The position numbers and the translations under genes were made by a program. The notes beneath the pieces are model-generated. The model was given only the letters and a program-made list of their open reading frames with translations, ran no database searches and was not told the DNA's origin. A stretch of 64,000 bases of DNA, from NCBI GenBank assembly GCA_013239625.1, contig MU054132.1, positions 992,001 through 1,056,000 on the forward strand, written 5' to 3'. This stretch comes from Lama guanicoe. Taxonomy: Eukaryota. Shown here in pieces: positions 38,150 to 54,624 of this stretch (position 1 is the stretch's first letter; each line of letters opens with the position of its first letter).

Positions 38150-38374
38150 GTAAGAGTCCCCTACATCCACTGTGCCTATGCCTTCATCTCCCCAGATGGA
38201 AAGCCTCCACCTGCAGCAGGCGTAGTAACTCCTCCCTTCCCCTACTGGGGACGGAGCCTGGGAACACCCTTGCCCCTAGCAGTCCAGTCTTGCCCTAGGG
38301 TCCTGGGGTGGTCAGGACTGAGTCATGCGCAGTGGGTTAGACCACAGCCTCTGGCCCAGGTGAATCTTGGGTAA

Positions 38375-39352
<978 letters not shown>

Positions 39353-39536
39353 TAACTTTCCCAAGCCTTGGTTTCCTTGCTAGAAATGGGAATGATCAGG
39401 CCTGTTTGACAAGGGTGCGGTGAGGGTTGCAGGTGATGTTTCACGTGCCTCGGCCTCACTGAGTCTTGGTGGCCGTGTCCTGTGCACGACCCCTGGCCCC
39501 AGGGCTGTGACTGTGGCCTCTCTTCCCCCACCCCAG

Positions 39537-40027
<491 letters not shown>

Positions 40028-40030
40028 TAA

Positions 40031-40318
<288 letters not shown>

Positions 40319-40411
40319 TAGAGGGGTTGAGTGAGGTGAAGGCCAGGCGTCCGGGAGCACAGAGGAAGGCCTGTGGTGTCCATGTGGCTGCTCACCTGCC
40401 CCCTCCCCCAG

Positions 40412-40618
40412 GTGTCCTGCCTGGAGACTGTGTGGGTGTCTCGAGCCAATGTGATCCAGCGCCGGGGTCGGGCGGGCCGCTGCCAGTCAGGCTTTGCCTA
40501 CCACCTCTTCCCACGGAGCCGGCTGGAGAAGATGGCCCCTTTCCAAGTGCCAGAGATTCTGCGCACGCCTCTTGAGAACCTGGTGCTGCAAGCCAAGATC
40601 CATATGCCCGAGAAGACG
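40412..40618 (+). CDS. DHX30: DHX30 exon (motif [10 protein letters not shown])
   Basis: AG/GT boundaries, 207 nt. Confidence 0.96.
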
Positions 40619-40705
40619 GTGCGGCAGAGGCAGGTGGGGGGCTGGCCCTGGGGTCAGGCAGGCAGGGTGCAGGCTAATGGGGGCTCTGGCTCGTTTGTGC
40701 TGCAG

Positions 40706-41069
<364 letters not shown>

Positions 41070-41114
41070 TAGCCCTCTGCTCTCCCTGTGCCATTCTGCC
41101 ACTTCCTGTCCTGA

Positions 41115-41351
<237 letters not shown>

Positions 41352-41397
41352 TGAGTCCCTCCACCCTTCCCACTCATGCCGACCCCATGCACAGTGA

Positions 41398-42314
<917 letters not shown>

Positions 42315-43002
42315 NNNNNNNNNNNNNNNNNNNNNNNNNNNNNNNNNNNNNNNNNNNNNNNNNNNNNNNNNNNNNNNNNNNNNNNNNNNNNNNNNNNNNN
42401 NNNNNNNNNNNNNNNNNNNNNNNNNNNNNNNNNNNNNNNNNNNNNNNNNNNNNNCTGGGGCTCCTCTCTCAGGGCCTCAGTGCCCTGGGCTGGGGGCCAC
42501 GGCTCCCTAAAGCAAGAGGCAGAGTGAAGGTGCAGGAGGAAGGGACTTAGGCCTATTGCCGGGGATGGGGCTGTGGCCCAGTCTCGGGAGGAAAGGACAT
42601 AGGACCTACCTCTCCTCGGGAGCTTCAACCACCTGTGCGGTTAACCGGCTTGTGCTGCTTGGCCCAGCCTAGTCTGTCACAGCTGCTCTCACAGGCACTG
42701 TCCTTGTAGGTATGGACAGCAAGTGTTGAGGTCTGGCTCCCTGAGGCAGGGCCCACAGTGTCTAGCCTGGTCGTCTGGCTGCCACCTAGCCCAGGCAGGC
42801 AGGGGAGGGAGCAGAGGCCCACTCACATCTAAACCCTTGGTCGTACCCACAGGTTCACACATCACCACAAACAAGGGGTGAGGTCATCAAGCCAGCACAG
42901 TGCACACCAGTCCCTTGATGCAAGGGCACGAGCTGGGGGCTGGAGGTGGAGAGTACCAGGACTTAGAGAAGACAGGGGACCTGCATACTGAGACTTAAGA
43001 GC

Positions 43003-43008
43003 TTTATT
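43003..43008 (-). terminator. MAP4: MAP4 distal poly(A) signal AATAAA
   Basis: tttatt on the plus strand, with upstream TGTA motifs on the minus strand near 43024 and 43081. Confidence 0.7.
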
Positions 43009-43763
43009 CACTCTTGAAATCGGTACAACAGAATCACAGATTGACACAGGTGATGGCGGAGCCATAAGCAAATCAGAAAGTACAGAAATGCCCTACTCCC
43101 AATGGCTGCAGAGGAGTACACAGCACACACGGCCTCTGGTCCCACTTGTCAGGGCTGCCTTCTCAGCTTCTCTGGCTTGTGGGACCCTTCAAAGGAGCTG
43201 TGACCAGACCGCCTCAGCCCCCATTAGAGAGCTCCCGACTGGGATCACCTCTCCCACCCCTACCCTTGACCAAGGGAGTAAAAGGACCAGAGCCTTTTGT
43301 CCACCTCAGCATCCCTGTGCCTCCAGGATCAACACCGGGAGGGCGCAGGTACCTTGAGGCCCAGCACTGCCACCTGGACTTCGTCTCCTGGCACCCCACT
43401 CCCCACTGCACCCTCCCAGTTTCATCTTGCCCCTTCCTCTTGCTGACAGACATGCCCCTATGTCCCTGGCACCCCTTTCTCCACAAGACCCCTGCCTTTT
43501 CTTGGTATGTGCCTGGGGAGCTGGGGATATGGTATAGAATCTCCCCTAAAGAAAATGCTATCTTAGAAACTGTCCAGCCCAGATGCCCTCTCTCTACATG
43601 GGCATCAAATCAACCTAGGTCAAGAACCCTCCACCTTCTCAGCAACAAGGGACACCAGAAGCCGGGGTAGGGGGCGCGGGGGCCAAGTCTGTGCTGCAGA
43701 AGATGCTTTTCCAGAGGAGAAGCCTTGGTGACTCCCAGGCCATTTCACTACAAACTCTTACGT

Positions 43764-43798
43764 TTTAATCCTTTATTAGAAACCATGCAAACTTTAAT
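43764..43798 (-). terminator. MAP4: MAP4 proximal poly(A) signal cluster
   Basis: Minus strand has ATTAAA (43793-43798), AATAAA (43772-43777) and ATTAAA (43764-43769), preceded by U-rich TGTA elements. Confidence 0.7.
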
Positions 43799-44994
43799 AC
43801 AAAAAATACAAGTGCAATAAGAATCTTCGTGTCAATGCAATTCCCGGGACTTATCATTGCAGCCATCTCAAGCCAGGCCTAACCGGGACACCCCTCCGCA
43901 GGCTGGCCTTGCCTCTCCTCCCTCCCGTCTCCAGTCAGGTTATAAGGGAGGCGGAACGGCCCATCTCACGGCCTTATTTTTAAATTTCCAGACCTGATTC
44001 CCCACTGTCCACCTGAGTTCTGGACATCTCATGCTCCCTGGCAACTGAGGGCTCGAGCATCCCAGGCTGCAGGCCTGGAGGCATCTGACCTCCATGGCCC
44101 TTTCCAGCCCTGACCTTGTATCTCCCACCAGATCCCAGGGAATGAGACAGACACAGATGCAAAAACCAGCCTGTTGGTTAGAAAAGAAAAGCAGCCTACA
44201 CACAAAATGCCAGAACCACCAATTCACACTGCGACCAGCCCCACGCGGGCCCCGTCTGCGCTCCAGGCCACAGCCCGTACACCGTGCCTGCCCTGCCCAC
44301 ACCACCTCCGGGGCTCCAAGCTGCCCAAGCCAGGGCAGCCCCCAGTGCCTGACCTCCGGGCTGGAGGCTTCAGGATCTTCCCTCCCTGTTTCCTTTAACA
44401 CCTACTGAGGACTTTCATTTACACATGGCTTCACCTGCAAAAACTACTCCATCAGTTTTTATGTTATTTAAAAAAAAAAAGGATAAAAGAACAAAGTGTG
44501 ACAGCGGCTAGGCAGGCATGGGAAGCAGCGGGGAAAGGCAGCACTGCCCCTGAGTAACTTGGGGCAGGGCAGCAAGAGGCGCCTGGCACCACCCGCACAG
44601 TGGGCACCAGTGTAGGATCAGGGAGAGCCAGGGGCGTAGCAGGCTCCAGGGGATGCAGTCAGCGCCCAGCCATCACACGGACACCCTCTTCCCCACTGCT
44701 CCAGGTGGACCCAGCAAGGAGGAACAGTATGTCAGTTTCTCTTGGGTTTGGTCCAAAAACCCAAACAAACAGAGGAGGCTGGAATCTGGGTCCCCCCACC
44801 ATCCCACCCCAATCCCAGGAGATCCCATGTTAGCCTCCCCCACCCCATCTCCCTCCCAACCTTCTGGGTGGAGCGGTGGCGCTTTGAGACAGGAGCAAAG
44901 CAGGGGGCTGGGCTGGGGGTGCGGGGCAGGAAGGAAGGAGGAGTGGGGGTAGGACTGTCACCCTGGGCAAGCCAGGCAGGAGGGAGGGAGGGGC

Positions 44995-45141
44995 CTAGAG
45001 GGCAGCCCGGGAGAGGGAGCCAGGGGCCCGGGTGCCTGAGCTGGGGCCGCCAGGGAAGTGGGGGGGGCGGGAGACAATGTCGGCCCCGTGGTCGGTGCGG
45101 GCCCTGGCGTTTTCCCGGAACGTCAGCCTGTAGGTCTCAAT
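44995..45141 (-). CDS. MAP4: MAP4 alternative tau-like C-terminal exon segment ([27 protein letters not shown]...SRAAL*)
   Basis: Acceptor ctgcAG|ATT, phase 0 with the exon ending at 47353. Homologous to tau/MAP2 [23 protein letters not shown]. Confidence 0.85.
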   Translation of the reverse strand: METYRLTFRENARARTDHGADIVSRPPHFPGGPSSGTRAPGSLSRAAL

Positions 45142-45233
45142 CTGCAGTGACACGGGAGGAGGGAAGGGAGAGGGTGATGGGGGAGACAAAAGGGGGGACA
45201 GAGGGGACGGAAGACGAGACCAGAATGTCATCA

Positions 45234-45241
45234 TTAGATGC
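45234..45241 (-). CDS. MAP4: MAP4 terminal exon coding part (..S I stop)
   Basis: ttttccAG|GC ATC TAA TGA TGA completes ...QIQETSI*. Confidence 0.85.
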
Positions 45242-45365
45242 CTGGAAAATAAAAGGTTGCCTTGTTAAAATTCAGGCCACACTCTAGTCAGGAAACAAAG
45301 GAGTTTCAATTTGCAGCCAGTGGCAGGGCCCCTGGCTGGCCCTCAGGCCAAGCCCAGCCACTTAC

Positions 45366-45555
45366 TTGTCTCCTGGATCTGGCTGTCCAAGGTCTGGGCC
45401 TCCCTTTGGTCACCACCCCCTGCCAGGGTGGTGTGGCCACTGAGGCCACTGGCTGAAGTGGGGGCGCCTGCTTCGGGCGCTGCCTCAGGGATGGCCAGCT
45501 CCTCCCCAGCGGGGGGGCCTGGACACGGAGGGGCCTCGCTGCCACCGCCCTCAGT
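45366..45555 (-). CDS. MAP4: MAP4 tail exon ([15 protein letters not shown]...DSQIQET)
   Basis: AG and GTAAGT boundaries, 190 nt. Confidence 0.93.
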
Positions 45556-47352
45556 CTACAATGAAACAGTGGGGGAGACAGTGCAGGGTCAGTGGGGAGG
45601 GAGTGGGATGGTGATGGTGGTGGGTTTTACACGCAGCCCCCACCCCCGCCATCCCACTGGATTAATGTCCAGGCATCTCGAGGGGTAGAGCAGGTGCTCC
45701 CACCCCACCCCCACCCATAAGACCAACTCCAGGCTCATGCCAGGCTCTAGGAGACTCCTCTGGGAAGTGAAAAGTGCCAGGCCTCTCAACAAGGCTGAAG
45801 CCACATAAAAATAGCTATGACAGCCGATCATTAGCAAAAATCCAAGTAACAAGTTCCAGATGGGGAGTCTGGACTTGGTTGGGGAGCTCCAGGACCTTGA
45901 ACTCAGTTCCCAAGGGGTGCAGGCCACCACTGCGGACTTAAGGGGCACCGTGAGCATGGGCTCAGAGAGGCTTCCTCAGCCATGCCAGGGGCAGCCCTGC
46001 CTGTTCACCCATCATCCACAAACCCCTGCCATAGGCCTCTTCTGGGCCGGGCACCCTTCCAGGGCCTGGGGGCACAGGGGAGGGAGGAAGAGGTCCAAGG
46101 AAGTGGGACCAGGGAGACTGTGGGGGCTGAGAGGGCTTTACAGGAGGGAAGAGGACTCGTGGGGATGGTGAACACTCAGTATGAATCACCAGCAGAAGAG
46201 GGAAGGCACTGGTGAGCTGGCAGGCCTGTGTCCGGAATGCCCAAAGGTGACAACCACTCCACTGTGGTTTTTAATCAGAAGAGTGAAAGAAACAGACCTC
46301 TGTGTTAGAAAAATCGTTCCAGAAATGATATGAAAGAAAGGGAGACAATGTAAATTAAAAAAAGAACACAAGACTTGGGGTCAGAAAAGCCCAGGTGTGA
46401 GCCCTGGTCTGCACACGCTCACCATGTGACCAAGGACAAGTGACTACACCTGAGTGAGCACCCTGGGGAGTAAGACCAGAGAGTGGCCCCCGAGGTGTAG
46501 AGCATGACCTCAGAGCCTGGGACAGAGCAGGACCCCCAAAATGTCACAGAAGCTGGTCAGGGCCTGAACTGGAGCACTGAGGGTGCACAAGACAAAACAA
46601 GGGCTGGGAGGGACCCACGCTGGGCAGTCGGATGCAGGAGGGAAGGCTCCCAGTGCCGCTCTTGTCCCCTTGTCCCTGAGCAGCTGCGGCCAACCTCAGC
46701 TTGGAGGCCTGAAAGATGTTGACCTCACAGGACCCACTACCCACCAATGACACAGAACAAAGGACAAGACAGCATCTTGGCACACAGAGGATCACGGTAC
46801 TGTGGAAGGAAGGAGGGAGGGAAGGAGAGGGAGGGCAGGGAGGAGGCCCAGCCAGGCCCAGGATGGAAGCTCTGCGCGGCAGTGCTGTCCCACAGCCCTT
46901 CCCAAGGAGGTGGACGCCAGGCCTGCTGTCACTGGCAGTTGAAATGTGCCATCCTGCTCCCAGGCCCGGAGCAGAGCCTGACACTGAGCAGGTCCCCACA
47001 CTCCCCTTTTACAAGGTAGCTGCGAGAACTGTACCACACAGACTCCTGGCCTCGTGGGGATCCGAGCCCCAGCCCTGTCCCCCTGAAAATGGCTGAGATG
47101 GGCTCAAAAAGTAAAGCAGGCCCTGCCTCTCAGAAGAAAGTTCTGCCTCCATCTGGACAGGTAAGAGGTGACCAGGCTGGGGCCCCTTCACCTCTCCTGC
47201 CTCGCTCAGGACTGATGACAGACAATGGGAAACAGCAATGGAGTGGGGGAAACGTGGCTTCTGAAGAGACTGAGGGGCGGTGACAGGCACCCACCTGCTG
47301 GGACCCAGACTCTACACGCCCAGCCTCCCTCCCACCTGGGGACCCACCCTAC

Positions 47353-47465
47353 CTTCACAGCACCTCCTGCCGGCAGGTGGCCCACGTTATCAAGGGAGCC
47401 CACCTTCGCCTGGGCCTTCTCCTTGAAGTTCAACTTCTGACTTTCGATCTTGACATCTCCTCCAC
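47353..47465 (-). CDS. MAP4: MAP4 tubulin-binding repeat exon ([37 protein letters not shown])
   Basis: 113 nt with a KVGS motif; equivalent to tau exon 12. Confidence 0.96.
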
Positions 47466-49038
47466 CTGGAAACAAAAAGAAACTGGTCACTACAGATGGC
47501 AGAGAAATACTCGTATAGGCAAAGCCAGGAGGCTGGCCAAGGAACAGGATGTTATGCCCGACAGAAATGGGGAACTCACGACCTGCTCCTGGTGGCTAAG
47601 AAAAAAGGAGAAGGCACAGGGAACAGGCCTGTCAAAATAGGGCTGCTCCTGGAGAGGTCAGGGTAAGGCAATCTCTCCCTGCAGCCAAAGAGAAGGAAAG
47701 TTCTCACCACCTGCAGCGTGCACTCCCCCGGACCAGCCTCTAAAGGTGCCTAGGTGCGGGACTGCTTCGGGGTCTTCCGGAGGTGTGACAACTCCTCTAA
47801 CTGACCGTCGGGGCAGGAGCCCAGCCTCATCTCCCGGGCGCCCTGTCGGTCAGCACCGGTACTGGAGAAGAGGAGGGACCTGCCCTGAGTCATCATCAAG
47901 CCTGTGACTGACAGGCAGGATGGAAGTATGGTCTGCGTGAGCCGCTGAACTGGATCTCACCATCGTGAAAGAAAGGCAGGCAAGAGGAGGGCACGGAGGG
48001 AAAGCAGCCTGTACACGGGCAACACTGAGAGCTCACGGGTCAGAATACGGTCACCGTCCACCCGGCCCCTCAGAACAGCTTCCCTCTGAGCCCTTCTTCA
48101 CTCTTCCATCACCTCTTGGTCACACCACCAACCACAACACCCAGCTTCCTGCCAGCTCACCACGTGTCCTCCCCACTGGCGCTCCAGCCCCTGCAAAAAC
48201 TGGACCTCAGGTCACTCGTGGTCACTAGGGAAGGAGGTATCTCACAAGAATGTATTTTCCAGACAGAAGGGAAAAATGAAAGTTATTAAGGACCCAACTT
48301 TTTGATCTTTTTAAATAGAATGCCTTCTAAAATGGATGATACGTTTTGCTGAGATGGAGGGGAGTTCTCTCTGCCTTCACCTTAACTGGCCCCAGACCTG
48401 CCGGCCAGTGTGCCTGCCGCTGCAAGAATGGCCCTGCCCCAGACCTGCTGCAGGACATCTGGGGACCAGGACACATGAGGCTCTTGGGCACAGACAAGAC
48501 AAGGCAGCACTTTTGCTCAGACAACATCCTGCTGCTCAGAGGCCTCTGTGCGGGTGCCAGGCTGCCTGTGCTGTTGGAAGGACAGCTGACATCACTGTGG
48601 TCTGACCCACAGCTGTGAGCCGAGGGGGCTCTATTGGCCTCTATCTCCTGCTGGAGCTGGTGGTTGATGATTCACTGCTTGGGAACAGCCTTCGCTCCGG
48701 ATTTGACAGGCGAGGCCCGGCCAGTGCGCTCGAGAGCTCCCTTAGCGCTGGCTCCTGGAACGCTGTCTGGGAGGCCGAGCCCTCCCCTAGGCCTAGTCAA
48801 CGGTGCTCTGCGCACAGCAGGTCCTCATAGCGCTGCCCGTCCAAGTGGCAGCTTTTACATACTGTCCCCCCTGCAACTAAGAGGTGAGTGCCCCGAATTC
48901 CCCCTCACTGACAGGGACTGAGGGCTGCACTGTCTCCATTGCTGGGTCCTGGGTGCGAGTGGAAAGACAAAGGGACAGGGATGAAACCCAGGCGGCCCAC
49001 CCGCCCCAGGTGACCAGGGCACGAGTGACACCACTCAC

Positions 49039-49120
49039 CAGGCTTGTGCTTGATGTTAGCTTTGGACCCACACTTGGAGGAGACCTTAGAGATGTCCACC
49101 TTCTTGTTCTGAATCTGAAC
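49039..49120 (-). CDS. MAP4: MAP4 tubulin-binding repeat exon ([27 protein letters not shown])
   Basis: 82 nt with a KCGS motif; equivalent to tau exon 11. Confidence 0.96.
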
Positions 49121-49779
49121 CTGAGGAGAAACACACACACAAAATCACTGCCTCAGACAGAAGGTGTACTGTCAGCCCACACTCTCTTTATGGTCTATGA
49201 AACCCAGCTCAAAGGCCACCTTCTCCAAAACCTTCCATGGCTCCAGCTTCCCTCCATCTCTTCTTTACACCATCTCTTCAAGGGACATCAGCACCAGCTG
49301 CACACGAGTCACTACATGTGTTCAATAACCTTACTGAGCACCTATGTCCATCAGAACAGCAGCCTCCACTCTGCCTCATCTCTCTCACAAGGCTATGGCT
49401 CTCCCTAGACTGGAGCGGAGGGACGGGCACTTCTCCCAGCCACACATTAGGCAGCTGCTTAAACCAAGCCACCATGTGGTGACCAATCTTGTGCCAACCC
49501 CGAGATGACCCCTGACGAGTCAAACAGAGGTCAGTTGTGAAGGCCAGGCTCTTGCCAGGCTGTGGAACTCACACACCTCTTGACAGAGTTCCACTCATGA
49601 AGCCTAGATCTCAATGAAAGAATAGCTGCTGAGGGCAGGTTTCGCTTTACAGATGTAGTCCAGCCCATCCGTGGAGGCGGCACCGGAAAGTGGGGAGTGG
49701 GGCATCATCCCTGAATGCACGGGGCTAGGTCTGGGGCATCACCAGCTGCTGGCATCACAGGGGGAGAGACTACATGAGT

Positions 49780-50365
49780 GAGACATCCTGGACCTCCTGA
49801 CAGAAACACTTACACCATTGCCTATGAACGTCTTGCAAAAATGTGTGTTTGTGTGTGCGTGTGTGTGTGTGGAGGGGGGGAACCAAACCTAAATCAACCT
49901 AAAGAAAACTGTGGGACAAAGAAATACGTTAGATGAAACCATGGGGACATCATCAGCAGAATCCAAATTCTAAGACAAGCCACTCCATTTACTCATGAAA
50001 AAGATTACTATGAAAAAAAAAAGGACAGGGAACTTACAGAGTAAAAGAGACAAATCTATCATAGTATTTGGACCTTACTTGCTTTTTAATTCAAATAAGC
50101 AAGCCTGTTTAACATGTTATGGAGTTTTATATCACATATGTATGTATATTAGAGGGTTCTTATTTTTTTTAACTTATATACTGGAGTATATGCAGATAAA
50201 AGATATAACTAGTGCTGGCTTCAAAATAATAGGGGTGGGCATACACAGATAAGACTGACTACAAAGATAATAAATGAAGCTGAGTAAAAAGTACATCCAG
50301 TTCAATTTACCATTTTTTTCTACTTCTGTATGTGTTTGAAAATTTCTACTATTAAAAGTTTAAGA
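49780..50365 (+). mobile_element. L1MC-like 3' end
   Basis: Degenerate L1M tail ending ttctacttctgtatgtgtttgaaaatttc...aaaagttt. Confidence 0.55.
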
Positions 50366-51251
50366 AACCTTAGTTACATCTCATTCACTTAACAAAGCCC
50401 GCTCCCTCTGAGATGCGGCTCCACCTCCTCAGGCAGGCATACAGAGGAGCCACAATCTGCTTCCAAAAGATCCACCCCACCCCACCGGCCATTAGGGAGC
50501 CAAGTTCTGCTGCCCCGGTCTAGGACATGTGTCTCTCATGCTTCAAAGGCTGGTCCCGAAGTCCCCCGACTTGGTGAAGGCCGGCAGAGCACAAGCCCGA
50601 GGCGGGCCCTCCGTACACAACCGCCCACAGCAGCATGGACATGGCTACAGAAATGACACTGCCGATGGGCCTCAGAGCCCACTAACCCGTACACCCCTCT
50701 TCGGGGCCGAAATGAACTAAAACAGCCACAGAAGTTACCCTGGGATCAGCCATGGCAGCGGCGCCACGTTCCCAACTCTGATGTCCTCCCAGTTCTCAAC
50801 AGGGACACGTCTGTGTGGACGTGGGACCTGCCCAGAGCACTGGCTGGGATCCCGCCCCATGTGGCTCATCCCTGCGCTAATTCCAGAATGTGTCTCAGGG
50901 AGGAAGGGGGTGCTGTGAGGGGCCGGCGGGCTCAGTCTACTGACATCAAACGTTCACTCAGCTGTGGCTTGATGGAGGGGCTGAGGAAGCCATGACAGGG
51001 CCTCAGCCCGGGCTGTTCACCCTGGTCTTCCCACCTGGAACCGCTGTCACAGGTAGTTTCCTAATGCTCTGCTGTTTAAGGAAGCTTTCTAAAATGAAAA
51101 TGCTTCAAAAAAATACATTTCCTCACCAAAAAACTCTTGCATGGAGTCATGTGTAGGCAGTGTGAAAGGACCAGAGTAGGTGAAAGATAAATGAGGACTA
51201 TTTCCAGAGCTCTGTCACACACCACACAACACACGTAAGTGCATTTCTATT

Positions 51252-51294
<43 letters not shown>
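51252..51294. repeat. Compound (CT)n(CA)n microsatellite
   Basis: tctctctc...ctcacacaca...cac seen directly. Confidence 0.95.
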
Positions 51295-52664
51295 AGCGAC
51301 CCCATTCCCTCAGAATCCCTGTTCACCTGTTTTCATCCAGGCCAAACCCTGAGAGGAAAAGCCAGGGCCGGTGCCTCCCTGGGCCCCTCACAGCGGGATC
51401 CTGAGCACCATAACCAGAAACTGCCTTTCACAGATTTACCACCTCAGCCGTCCCACACCAGGTGGTCTAATGTCTGGCCAACACCCAGCTGGTCAAGCAC
51501 TGGCCACCTGAGTGCAAATGATGAAGCTTCTGCCCACGCCAGGAAGAGCCCAGGCTGGGAGATGAACAGGAAAAAGGCGCCACAGGGGAGTCGGGTGGTA
51601 CGAGAAAGGGATGCTCTGTGCCTGCATCCTCACAGCAGAGCTGTGGGGTGGGGCAGGGGTTTGTGGCCACGACAGGACAGTCTGACTACCGAGTAGGTAG
51701 GGGGACAGAGCCTAAAAAAGAAGAGAGTAGGCAGAATGGGACTTAATCCAGGTCAGGACAGTGAGAAGAAGGAACCGAATGAAGGGAGACTGGGACAGGA
51801 TGGCTCTCCTGTTCTGGAGGTAGGAGAGAAGCTGCCCGAAGTCACCTCCCCAACATGCCGCAGAGCCCCGCCCTCCCGGGCACTATCGCAGGGACACACA
51901 GAAAGCGCACAGGGTGTTTCTCACACGCTAAATGACAGTATGGCTCTGCCTGGCCTCTCCCTAGACCAGGAGCTCCCTGTGAGCTCCAGTCGCCCTAACA
52001 CATATCTCAAGGGTGGCACAGAGAGCAGCATGATAAACAGGATGTGTGGATAGGAGAGGGAAGGGGACAAAAAGAAAAGGCAGGAAAAGGAAACAGGAAG
52101 AAGAAGGGATTGGAAAGGGAACCAGTGGGGGAAGGAGGCAAGGAGAGAAGATGAGGAGGAGGAGGAGGGAAAGAGTAATGGAGATGAAGACGGGACTGGA
52201 GGAAGTGGTCACGAATCCCCTGGTTCTACAACAGCAAGGATTTGAGGATGGGCTTAGGAGAAACCTGGGCTCCAGTGTCAGGGTGGGAACACCACCACGC
52301 TCAGTGCACACACAGGCGGAGTGTGCGTCCCCAGGAGCGGACTCCAGACAGATGACAGGCCTGCTGCCGATGGGGCGTTCAGACCAGGTCTCTGATGGCA
52401 GGAGGAACCACTAAGGCCTCCCACCCACGGTGGGAAAGATGCTAAGTGGGCGTCACACAGCTGTCAATTCTGGGCTCATCAGAAACACCTGGTCTGACCA
52501 CACACCTGAGCAGTGGGGTCTCCCCACACTTCGCCAGCCTGTCTCTTGGAGGAAGCCCGGGGCCAGGCCGCATGGTCCTGCCAGCACGGGTGGGTGGCCC
52601 TCTCCCCGGCATACCCCACAGCCGGCTGTGCCTCTGACACCAGCTGCCCAGAGCTCATACTTAC

Positions 52665-52757
52665 ATTACCACCTCCAGGGACATGCTTAATATTGTCCTT
52701 GGACCCACACTTGGATTGAATATGGCTGTAGCTCACTTTTTTGGAGACTATCTGGAC
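52665..52757 (-). CDS. MAP4: MAP4 tubulin-binding repeat cassette exon ([31 protein letters not shown])
   Basis: 93 nt, phase 0-0; equivalent to tau exon 10. Confidence 0.96.
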
Positions 52758-54624
52758 CTGGAGTGTTAGAGAACAGAAAAAAACAACACAAAGGGAGAGG
52801 GCTGGTTAGAACTGACACAGGGCAGTTTGTGAGTCCACAACGTGATCACAATGACCAACAAAGAGTGTTGTTAGAACTCCGCCCCCACCTTCAGCCGAAC
52901 AGCTGTGGAAAAGCACAGGGGAAGGAACTGGAGGGCGCAGGAAAGGAAATTGAAAACATGAACAAACAACAAACACAAGGACAGAAGCGGATGTCGCAAA
53001 AGTGCTACACAGTCATCCTCACTGCTCCTAGGGGCTGGCTGTGAGGAAGGCCCAGATGTCAGCGGGCCTGGACACCCACCAAGGCACAGACCGCCCTGCC
53101 TGCTCTCTCCCAGTGGCCACAGTAGCCCGTGGCTCCTCTCTGCAAGGGTCGTGCTCACCAGGACCCACCCTCACACCAGGATGGCATTTCCCTTAAATCT
53201 GGAGCCTGGAGTGGCTGCAGCCAGACCTGCTCTGGGAGGCAAAGGCTGTGCAGAGAAGCACGGGCAGCTGGCTCACAGATCTGATGCAAACAGGAGGGGA
53301 CCAGAGGCTGCCGGACCTGCTGTGCAAATCCTTGGGCAGCAGGGGGCGCAGGCCACAGCCACAGCCACAGCAGCTTCCACACCTCAACGAGTAGCCCATT
53401 GGTCTCAGGGTTCGAGGAAGCTCAGTGAAATCAAGGTTTAGGTCCAGTCTTTTTGATTCGAGGGTAAAATCCCTTCCTCAATCCTCTAGATGCCCTATCT
53501 TGTTCCCCCTGAGTTTCACATGCAAAGAGACCAGGCTCTGGGCAGGGCGCGATGAGGCACAATCTGGGGGGCACTCCTGCTGCATTAAAAAAGCTCCCCC
53601 AGGAACGGAGCAACACAAAGGCCCAGGCTCTAAGACCCGGGACAGAGTTCTTTGTGAGCCTTCTCAAGACAGAACAGTGGCCAGCTTTCTTCCTTCCTTT
53701 CCATAGTACCCTTCACAAATGATGTAGTCCCAAACTAAAGAGTTCTGCACGGTCATCTACTTGCAGAAACCCCAACCCAAATACCACACCATTTCTTGCC
53801 TTCTTTATGTCAACGATGAATAACTGGTGAGCAAACCACTTCCCAGGGAAACCTGGTCTACACCAGAGACCTGCAGGACCTCTACAAGCCCCCGGGAGCC
53901 ACGGTGCAGTCTTCCTGAACTGCCAGCTGAACAAAGTCCTTGGGCCAAGACCTCCCATCCTGACCCCTAAGGGCTGGAGCTCAAGCTTCTCTGGCAGCCC
54001 TTGGCCACCTACCCTCCAGCTAAGAGCAGAAGTTTCCAGGGGAAGAGGAGGGGTCTGGCTCCATGGTGTGGACACAAGAGGAAACGGACCTAGAGTTTCT
54101 GCTCAACTCTGCTGTCCACGTGATGCACAATCCTTGTGCCTAGGAAGGTTTCTTTTGGGGATGAGCACCCTAACTTTCAGTATAAAGGTCCCTGGGGATC
54201 CAGGACAAATGACACTGTCTCCACACCCAGCAGTGTCATGAGGGGGCCTCCAGCTGAACTTGAAGCACAGGGGCTCCAGGTCTTAGGAAGAAGTGGGTGC
54301 TCTGTGTGTTTGTGTGCATAACGGGTGGGTTTCAGATCAAAGTCAATGTGAAAGAAGTGAGTGCAAGTGTTTGGATCCATTTTACCCAGTGAGTAAATAT
54401 TCTTTTCAGGGCTAATGGGCTCCCAACTCTTGTTAACTTTTGGGGTTAACAGAGAAAATTTTCTGATGCCTGAATCATCAAACACAGAGGAGAGAACATG
54501 GGGAGGAAAGTAGAAACTAGTTAAGGATAGGAAAAAAGTGCAGTAGAAGGGAAAGTGACTCAGGCTGGAAGAAATAGTTTACTGTCTTTTACCTTCAAGA
54601 GGTAAAAGTCTAAATAAAACTCAC

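Noticed and set aside
43808-43819. 12-nt match to the recalled 5' end of miR-92a (TATTGCACTTGT on the MAP4 sense strand)
   Set aside because: No precursor hairpin is visible, and the target-site orientation is on the plus strand beyond the likely DHX30 end; probably coincidence.
52640-52670. Tau exon-10-like stem-loop at the donor of the 93-nt MAP4 repeat exon
   Set aside because: No convincing complementary arm seen downstream of GTAAGT.
53710-53756. Possible small MAP4 exon (ATGACCGTG...GAAGG|gtacta)
   Set aside because: Poor donor and acceptor, and not frame-preserving.
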